Positions 8,808-15,373 of a stretch of DNA of 15,373 nt are shown in pieces (position 1 is the stretch's first letter; every line of letters begins with the position of its first letter). This DNA is from Zygophlyctis sp. KS116 (Eukaryota; Fungi; Chytridiomycota). The notes under the pieces were generated by a model. That model saw only the letters and a list, made by a program, of their open reading frames with translations. It had not been told where the DNA came from and ran no database searches. Both the position numbers and the translations under genes were made by a program. The stretch lies in NCBI GenBank assembly GCA_054661495.1, contig BAAFSQ010000236.1, forward strand, positions 1 through 15,373, read 5' to 3'.

Positions 8808-8840
8808 GGGCGCGTTTTTCGCGACGCGTCGCTCTATAAA
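8808..8840 (+). promoter_or_regulatory. Candidate compact promoter with CGCG (MCB/E2F-like) cluster and TATAAA
   Basis: GGGCGCG-TTTTTCGCG-ACGCGT, perfect palindrome GCGACGCGTCGC (8821-8832) and TATAAA (8835-8840), ending 10 nt before ATG 8851. Confidence 0.45.
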
Positions 8841-8906
8841 TTTAATAAAAATGATGACTGTTGATCCGCAGACTCCTAAAAGACCATTAACAACTCAGTT
8901 GGAAAC

Positions 8907-8933
8907 GTAAACTTTATTTTAAATAATTCTTAG
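8907..8933 (+). other. 27-nt spliceosomal intron
   Basis: GTAAAC...TTCTTAG; removal eliminates in-frame stops and gives ETPSKKRQK. Confidence 0.8.
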
Positions 8934-8984
8934 CCCTTCAAAGAAAAGACAAAAATCTGAAATGGAAGAAATTGTCAATCAAAG

Positions 8985-9010
8985 GTATTATTGTAATTTT
9001 TACGATTTAG
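8985..9010 (+). other. 26-nt spliceosomal intron
   Basis: GTATTA...ATTTAG; removal joins the upstream exon to the frame of ORF 9012-9671. Confidence 0.8.
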
Positions 9011-9090
9011 AGTGGTTGATTGTTTGGCTATATCTCCAGAATCTGCAGATCTATGTGGGCCAGAAACCTCCTTACTTCTTAGTTCGATAG

Positions 9091-9117
9091 GTAAAATAAT
9101 TGTATTAATTTCCATAG
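9091..9117 (+). other. 27-nt spliceosomal intron (in-frame, no stop)
   Basis: GTAAAA...CCATAG, AT-rich, same size class as neighbours. Confidence 0.68.
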
Positions 9118-10037
9118 GGCAGTCTTTGGCTGTTGACCCAATAGGAATTTTGACAGTTTTACTTCCAGTGATTTCTTTTCTTATTGGATCGAACGCTTAT
9201 GTGACTGCCGATTCAAAAATGAAATGGGAAGAACCCATTATATTATTTGCGCTTTTAGTTGGGAAAAAAGGATGGCGGAAATCACCAATTCTCAAGTTAA
9301 TCTGTGACCCCCTACGAGAATTAGTTTATCAAAATCAGAATGATGGTGCGGATTATGTTTTTTTGGATGGACTGGAGGGGATGACATCGCAATTAATGAT
9401 CAATGACGGAGAAATGTTGCAGATTGCAAATGAAGCGCAATCAATTTTAATGAAGCTTTTCTCTTCAAAAGGTTTGCATATTAAGTCTAATCTCAAATTC
9501 AAATTTCTCACCAAAATTCGTGGAGCCACGATTGTTGATCATGTTGCCTTGAATTTTATCGGATGCTTACATCCTGAAAGTTGTTGGTTGATCTTGCAAA
9601 TATGGGTTTACCAACCGGAGTTGAATTATTGGATACAATTTCTCCTCAGTTTTTATTATCAATTTTCTTAACCGTCACGACCAAAACCATGACGGTCTAT
9701 TAGAAAGGCTGTACAGATTCTTAATTTCAACATTTAATGTCGAATATTCAACGATGGACACCATGAGAGATAATATATTTGACAATACTACGTTGAAAAG
9801 TTTTTTATCTTTTAAAAAATAGTTTTATATCAAAAAATCTAAGACTCACATCATGGAGAAAGCAGACAGAAAAAGGTCTATGCCCCTGATAATTTTGCAC
9901 AATGCAAATTCGATTCTATCTTTAATGAGATATCTTCTATTAGAAAGAGTTCAGATGATGAAGAGCTTATCGCAGAGTACTCAAAACTTCCTGGAATGAT
10001 TTTAAGAATAGCAGGAGTATTGCATGTACTCGATAAT

Positions 10038-10064
10038 GTATATTCTGTTCGAAATTTATAATAG
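10038..10064 (+). other. 27-nt spliceosomal intron
   Basis: GTATAT...TAATAG containing in-frame stops; removal joins LHVLDN to ALRDEI. Confidence 0.8.
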
Positions 10065-10153
10065 GCATTACGCGACGAAATCGCCCCTCCATACATTTCA
10101 GTAGAAATTTTCGAACAAGCCTATGATGTTGCCAATTTTTACTTGATGCAACG

Positions 10154-10178
10154 GTAATTTATTCTTTGAAGGTTTTAG
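10154..10178 (+). other. 25-nt spliceosomal intron
   Basis: GTAATT...TTTTAG; removal joins YLMQR to the frame of ORF 10234-10455. Confidence 0.72.
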
Positions 10179-10637
10179 GGTAATTCTTAAAACGGGGAGA
10201 TTTTTTCAGGTCGGTAAAACTGACCAGCAAGAATTGGAGGAGGTCCTTATCTGTCCTTCTTATAATGACATACTAAACGTCAAAAGAGTTCTGTATTGCC
10301 CGGGAAATTTTTTATCAAACTCAGATATAGTCAGATCTCGCAGAGTAGATGTCTGTGATATCGAGAGAATATTTAATTTGATACATTTGGCTGGATTTGG
10401 AATCCTAACGAAGACCAAAAGTGTCTCAAATCGTAATAAAGGGGTACTTTTCTAATATTAAGGAAATGATTCTAAAAATTCATCAGAAATTATCAATTCT
10501 ACTGCAGTAGGAAGAGCGCGCTTTCGTCTGTTCCGGCTGGAAAGTCATCATCTTGACGAATGTTTAACAGGCTTAGACGATGATTTATTCAACACCCTCC
10601 AGACCCAGCCCCTTGTTTAAAAATAAATTGATTTTGA

Positions 10638-11330
10638 TTAAATTTTTTGTCCAAAATGCTCTAGATTTACGATGATATTTTAATAGCTTGACTGCAAGAA
10701 GAGTCATTACCCATGCCTGTAAATCTTCCAATTTGTTTGATGAGAGCCAGCTTCTTCTTAGTAACAAAAGTTCCATTGGGGTTAATGGAGTGCTGCCATT
10801 TACTTCATGGTCAGCTCCATTAATCGCACTCAGCTGAGATGAATTTTTATATCGTGAACATTGTCTTGAATCACTTAGGGTTAGTGTCTTGAATCACCCT
10901 TTCTCCATAAATGTGGATTGCCACGATGTATTCTGCAGCCTTGATAATTTATCTGTTCTTCCAGTTTGAGACACTCGTCACTGCAATCAGAATATGGTCC
11001 AAATATCTCTTTGGCAGTAAACAATGCATTCAATGCAGAACTTAGACTTTCAACATTGTTTCCAGGAGCCATCACATTTTATAGGTTGTCCAAAAATATC
11101 ATATACTTGATGACCATCCTTTTCCTGTCCCTTTATATCATACTTGTAAGTCCGATTCTTTGCTCGGTTCACTATGGTTCAAGCCTCATGGGTCACATCT
11201 ATTTTTTTATCATTTTGTTTAAAATTATACAGAGATGGTGCTTATCTTGTGATTGTTGTGATGAACGATGCCAGTATTGTTCCAGTATGGGATATACATG
11301 GCCCAATGTAGTTCGAATTCGTGGAGCGTC
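10638..11330 (-). pseudogene. Decayed tyrosine-recombinase-like (Crypton-like) gene: N-terminal half present, catalytic core apparently deleted
   Basis: Stitched frames: DIFGQPIKCDGSW / PGNNVESLSSALNAL..GPYSDCSDEC..GCRIHRGNPHLWRKGD / GSTPLTPMELLLLRRSWLSSNKLEDLQAWVMTLLAVKL. This resembles, from memory, the region just before the first catalytic Arg in protist/fungal YR proteins. No RHRY residues are visible. Candidate 32-nt intron at 11230-11199. Confidence 0.5.
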
Positions 11331-12665
11331 TGGTACAAACGTAAACGTAGGAAGGCATATGAAATTCCATCCTTGCTGCAAGAGACAAACCAAGAAAGCA
11401 GTTATTCACCCCTCATCAATCGTCCTTTAATTGTGGATGCATTGTCAGTTGAATTAGAGGCAAGAATCTTTCTGCATTTTAAAGAAAATCCACCACAGAC
11501 TCATCCATTCCCAAGACCTGTGGAATCATTATTCGATGCCCATGTACATTTTCAGATATTCTGATCTAACGATAGAATGTAAATATAGCTGAACTGGACC
11601 ACGAACAGGAGGATGAAGTGCTTGTTGATTACCATAATGAATCAGCGCTATCTCCACCTGAATTAGGTTTCCAAAGAGATTAATTTTCGTACTGTTTACT
11701 GAACAGAATGTTTGGCTATGTGATCAAATAAAGAAAGTTACAATTGGTGCTAAGATTAACATTGCAAGAGAAAGATTATTAAAGTCAATAAATTAATAAC
11801 CAATCTTTTCTATATGGTAATAATTTAAAATCTATAACTCAAAGAACAAGGATGAATTCTAAGTTCACCAAGTTGTAAAACATATTTTTTCTTTTATAAT
11901 TTTTCTTTCCTTTTTTTGAGAAATTTTACATATAGATCAATTTCAAACAATTTACTGCATGCCAATACAACTACACACACACAAATTTTAAGCACTAATA
12001 TTGCCCTAAAATATTAAGTCTGGATGAAATAAAAAATCTTAAAGAAAAAAAGGAAAATTATAAATTATATACAATTGCTGAAGAGGCTCTGTATTCTAAT
12101 TAAAAAACATGTACTTAGTTGTATTTTGAAAATTGACAATCCTCCTGGTTATGCACTTAGAGTTATATTTCATTTCCAGTCTCCGAAATGTATTTCAACC
12201 CATGTTCATAATTGATACAGGCGTAACGGTCTCGTTTGTCAAACCTCTAAACGAAACCACTACCTCTGTCACCTTCGCCGATTTTTCTCAAGCTCTAGCT
12301 ATAACCAACTCACAAATGCTAAGAATTTTAGCGTCCTTGATTATCTACACTCTTTACATCAATAAAAAATCTACCCTAATTATCAGTACAAAACGACATT
12401 TACCTGGAAAAATCAACGATCTAGGTTTTTTGGTGCTCCTTTTGGCCTCAAACCACTAACTGAATTTATTCGGCACAATCAATACGAGATTTTTCCAAAG
12501 CATTAACTTACATATTTCTCCAGAAGCACAAGAATCCAATGCTCTTAGGATCGATACAAAAGTTGGATTTAACCTAACCTCCCCTTCTTTTACTACCGTA
12601 TTTCGCGGAATATAGGAGGTTTTTAATATAAGAGGGTTTTGTATTTATTTATATTTTTACGATTT

Positions 12666-13001
12666 ATGATATCTCTTGATTTTAAAAGCATAGAAATTGT
12701 TGGGACTCGTCAAGGAAATAATGGCAGAATGTGTGGTTATCACCCTTCAGGTTGTGGAGCATCATTAGATGTAGGAACAAACTTAATCCTACGCAATGCA
12801 ACTATTCAAGTCCCAATAGAAACACAGATTCCAGTATCAGTGGATGAGGAAATGCCAATAAAAACTAAAAAGCGAGGAAGGCCTAATAAAGTTGTTCAGC
12901 AGTACCGTACAGAAATGGTTATGACCGATATAGCTACGATAAAAGCCTTTGTATGGAAGAATGGCATAGAATCTTGTTGTGTCGGTTTTGTTTCGTCATG
13001 A
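12666..13001 (+). pseudogene. Second (antisense) ORF of pogo copy 2, HIRAN-like with Cys/His cluster and AT-hook-like insert; TGA probably premature
   Basis: IEIVG..GRMCGYHPSGCGASLDVGTNLILR..KKRGRPNK..IKAFVWKNGIESCCVGFVS aligns with VNAFEIRDGFESGFIGYVG of copy 1. The frame continues after TGA as FQKIYENSLEGRVLNVRRIL (cf. YEFKLAQVVKLY) to ~13065. Confidence 0.65.
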
Positions 13002-13071
13002 TTTCAAAAAATATATGAAAATAGTTTAGAAGGAAGGGTATTAAATGTTCGCAGAATACTTGATAATTCAG

Positions 13072-13770
13072 GCAGGGAATACTTTCCCATGAATTGGCTA
13101 TCCATCGCCCCATTAACTCTCTGGTAACTTTGCCGTTAATATTATCAATCATAAATCGATTATAATGTGCTTTCATATAATCCTTAAAGGGCTTGTTTAT
13201 TCCGACATCTAAAACCTGCAACCTACTCGTCATATTAGGAGGGAGATAAAGTTGTGCCCAACCACAATCGGACAACTCCTTTCTGACTGAAGAAATTAAA
13301 TGAGCAGAAAAATTATCCATCATAAGCAATGCTGGACGCTTGGTATTATGCACAGGCTTCAGACATTTTTGAATCCAAAACAACATCATATCCCGGTCAC
13401 AATATCCTTTTTCTTGCGTTTGATATTCATTTCTTGGATCCAAATCACTTAAAGACTTACTAACCGTCCCATTTTTTTTCCCTTTAAAAACAACCAAGGG
13501 CTTGAGTTTTGTACCATCAAGTGCCACAGCCAAAAAAACAGTACAATGAGCAGGATTTCCTGTAGATCTAACAGCCACATGCTTTGCACCTTTGGTATTT
13601 ACAGTCGTATTAGAAGTCATATCAAAGTCTAAACCAGTTTCATCCATATTTACAATTAAATTGAAAGGTATATCATGGAAATCTTTAAGTCTTTGAAAAT
13701 GCACAACAAAGTCTAAATGAATTGCACCCATTTCGTGCTCTGCAAGGCGAGTTTGGTCGTGTGTCTTTCT
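13072..13770 (-). pseudogene. pogo-type transposase DDE_1 domain (DD35D) lacking DNA-binding N-terminus
   Basis: RKTH, IVNMDETG, DGTKLKPLVVFKG, LMMDNFSAH...LPPNMTSRLQVLDVGINKPFKD (35 aa spacing), WIANSW. Confidence 0.93.
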
Positions 13771-13779
13771 TCCAAAACT

Positions 13780-14745
13780 CTTCTTTTGCTCAAAAATATT
13801 TCTAATATGTCTTTTTTGTTGATTGATAAAATTCTTTTCTCTATTTACCATTGCTATTTGAATTTTTCTCTTTCCACCTAACCCTTTTTGCCAACTGTTT
13901 TCTCAATGATCTTAATATATTTCTGTATCGTTCCTATTGATGCATCTTCTTGGTTCATATTATGAATTGATTCACTTAATTGAAATGTAGTTTAAGGTTC
14001 ATATAGCAATGTCATTTTTTTCTCAACTGGGACGTTGTTCTGATGGATCTCAAAGATTTTCTTAAATGTTTTATAGTGTGATTTCCTATATTTTTTTATT
14101 TTATCTTTTACTACAAAGTCACTAATGATGCCTTTATCAAACACTGGAAAAGCTGCATCCAAGATATTCTTGTTGACGATATTGTAACCTAAAAAAATGT
14201 TATATTTTTTCTGTTGTATTTGGTGGAACCAGTTCTGTCTAGAATTCGGACACTCATTTAGATCACCCTGAATTATTATTTGTGGATTATTTATTTCTTT
14301 TTCGAATACATATTAATGAAGTTTTTAATAGTATTTATTATTTTCTTATAATTGTTATTTGATCTAGATGGGGAATAAACAGTAATATATATTAAAAAGT
14401 TTTTGTTTATTTTGGATTTGATTGCTATTGCATGTCCAGATAGCCTTTTAATGTTAGTTATATATTTCTTTAGATCTTCTTTGATTAGAATCATACATCC
14501 TTTCCCCAAGGATTGATGATCTCCATATTTGTTATCTGATAAGATTATATATTTTTTTTGAGATTCCTTGAGAATGTGATCCATAGCATATTTATTTTTT
14601 AAGTTTGTGTTAAGATGTGTTTCACTGAGACTATCAAGTTGGGCCTGGTTAATGTAGTAGAGTAGTTTATTTTGGCGGACTACTTAGGGTTATTTAATCT
14701 TGAATATTCTGGTGGACAAAGTTCAGGGTAGTGTTTCCATTGATT
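13780..14745 (-). mobile_element. Decayed non-LTR retrotransposon (LINE) fragment: APE endonuclease and pre-RT region
   Basis: APE motifs in order on the minus strand: QNIQ, LSETH, GKGCMILI, VYSPS, IIQGDLN, followed by A-rich Lys/Ile-rich coding remnants. RT absent. Confidence 0.8.
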
Positions 14746-14863
14746 GTATGTATTAATTTATTAGATATTGATCTACCGTAATTCAGAGAATGGAGCGAAC
14801 GCGGTTTGTCTAACGAACTCCACTAAAAAAAGTTTCCCCTAAAAAATTGTCAACATAAATTAA

Positions 14864-15175
14864 ATGAAAATTTTACTAGTCAGTCTCCACAATAATGAAA
14901 CAGAACTCAAAGCTGACGATACTGTTTATCTGAAACCCGGTGTTTTTCTTAATGATGATAACAAGAATCAATATTGTTTGCGAGCTCTTAAGATGGTTCA
15001 GGGAGTAGAAGCAGACGTAGCTGGATATGTCGCACAGGAATTTCTTACTTTTAGCAAATGCTATGAATTTAAACTAGCTCAAGTAGTCAAGTTATATTCT
15101 AAATCTAAAAATAAGCAAGAAAAAAATGTTTCGGCCGAGAGAGAAGGTGTTTGCGTTTGTAAAATCAGAAGTTAA
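14864..15175 (+). CDS. Intact 103-aa second ORF of pogo copy 3, HIRAN-like
   Basis: ATG-to-TAA open frame, homologous to 289-531 with many synonymous differences (e.g. TTG/CTA, GCC/GCT, AAA/AAG, TCC/TCT). The pattern L..DD.V.L.P....N.Y.L.A......AGYVA resembles HIRAN. Confidence 0.8.
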   Translation: MKILLVSLHNNETELKADDTVYLKPGVFLNDDNKNQYCLRALKMVQGVEADVAGYVAQEFLTFSKCYEFKLAQVVKLYSKSKNKQEKNVSAEREGVCVCKIRS

Positions 15176-15184
15176 AGAGTTTTA

Positions 15185-15373
15185 TTCATTGTTTTTGCGC
15201 CTGCAATAGTTTTGCAACCTTTTGAGACAAACTTTTTATTATTGATAATTTTTTAAATAGACAGGCGTTTCATCCATATTTATAATAGAATCCGGGGATA
15301 TTAAAAATGTCTCATTCACTTCATTAACATAATCAACAAAGTCACAACAAGTTTCCAAGTCGCATGACTTCTG
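15185..15373 (-). pseudogene. pogo transposase fragment (first catalytic Asp region)
   Basis: QKSCDLETCCDFVDYV...PDSIINMDETPVY (MDET at 15277-15266), then frameshifted SKGCKTIAGAKT (copy 1: TKGAKTVNGAKT). The rest of the DDE domain is missing. Confidence 0.88.

Larger units (their letters stand above)
8851..10455 (+). pseudogene. Intron-containing DUF3987/YfjI-like P-loop ATPase with probable C-terminal winged helix; frame-disrupted around 9580-9850; may extend to 10620
   Basis: Spliced reading gives MMTVDPQTPKRPLTTQLETPSKKRQK..., WEEPIILFALLVGKKGWRKSPILKLICDPL (Walker A-like), LQIANEAQ (degenerate Walker B), LNFIGCLHP, DGLLERLYRFLI, YSKLPGMILRIAGVLHVL, ISVEIFEQA, IFNLIHLAGFG. Motif order matches DUF3987 as I recall it. 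Confidence 0.72.
12596..13775 (-). mobile_element. pogo-type DD35D transposon copy 2 (different family), truncated at the transposase 5' end
   Basis: TA|CCGTATTTCGCGGAATATAGG terminus at 12596, same TA|CCGTA start as copy 3 and the right end of copy 1, followed by the plus-strand ORF and the minus-strand transposase. Second TIR not found. Confidence 0.82.
14776..15373 (-). mobile_element. pogo-type transposon copy 3 (related to copy 1), runs off the window, internally deleted
   Basis: TA|CCGTAATTCAGAGAATGGAGCGAACGCG terminus, 23/28 identical to the copy-1 end, followed by an intact plus-strand ORF and a minus-strand transposase piece. Confidence 0.88.

Noticed and set aside
9672-9697. ACCGTCA...TGACGGT inverted repeat as a MITE end
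   Set aside because: Overlaps the coding motif HDQNHDGLLER of the ATPase; likely coincidental.
10862-10897. TGTCTTGAATCAC duplication enclosing TTAGGGTTAG (telomere-like)
   Set aside because: Local duplication in the decayed YR-like gene; under two telomeric units is too short to call.
10966-11564. Plus-strand ORFs 10966-11430 and 11268-11564, including a Cys-rich stretch
   Set aside because: Largely antisense to minus-strand remnants and no recognisable domain.
12133-12590. 108-aa ORF and adjacent coding-like sequence
   Set aside because: No ATG-anchored model or recognisable motif; strand could not be decided.

Overview
AT-rich eukaryotic DNA (tRNA gene without encoded CCA, 25-27-nt GT-AG introns, standard code) made up almost entirely of transposable elements. 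In order: a tRNA-Ser(GCT) gene; a TIR-bounded pogo-type (DD35D) DNA transposon; short Ty3/gypsy RT and zinc-finger remnants; a hairpin-rich unassigned segment; a young, compact Ty1/copia LTR retrotransposon (identical 198-bp LTRs, ACCTT TSD, PBS matching the tRNA-Ile anticodon arm, +1 frame break between protease and integrase); an intron-containing DUF3987/YfjI-like ATPase gene converging on a decayed tyrosine-recombinase-like gene; a second pogo element fused to a LINE endonuclease remnant; and the left end of a third pogo element. The main unexplained pattern is that all three pogo elements carry a small antisense second ORF just inside one TIR. These ORFs resemble each other (two share 43/80 aa) and look HIRAN-like. 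Family assignments come from motif recognition by eye, with no database searches.
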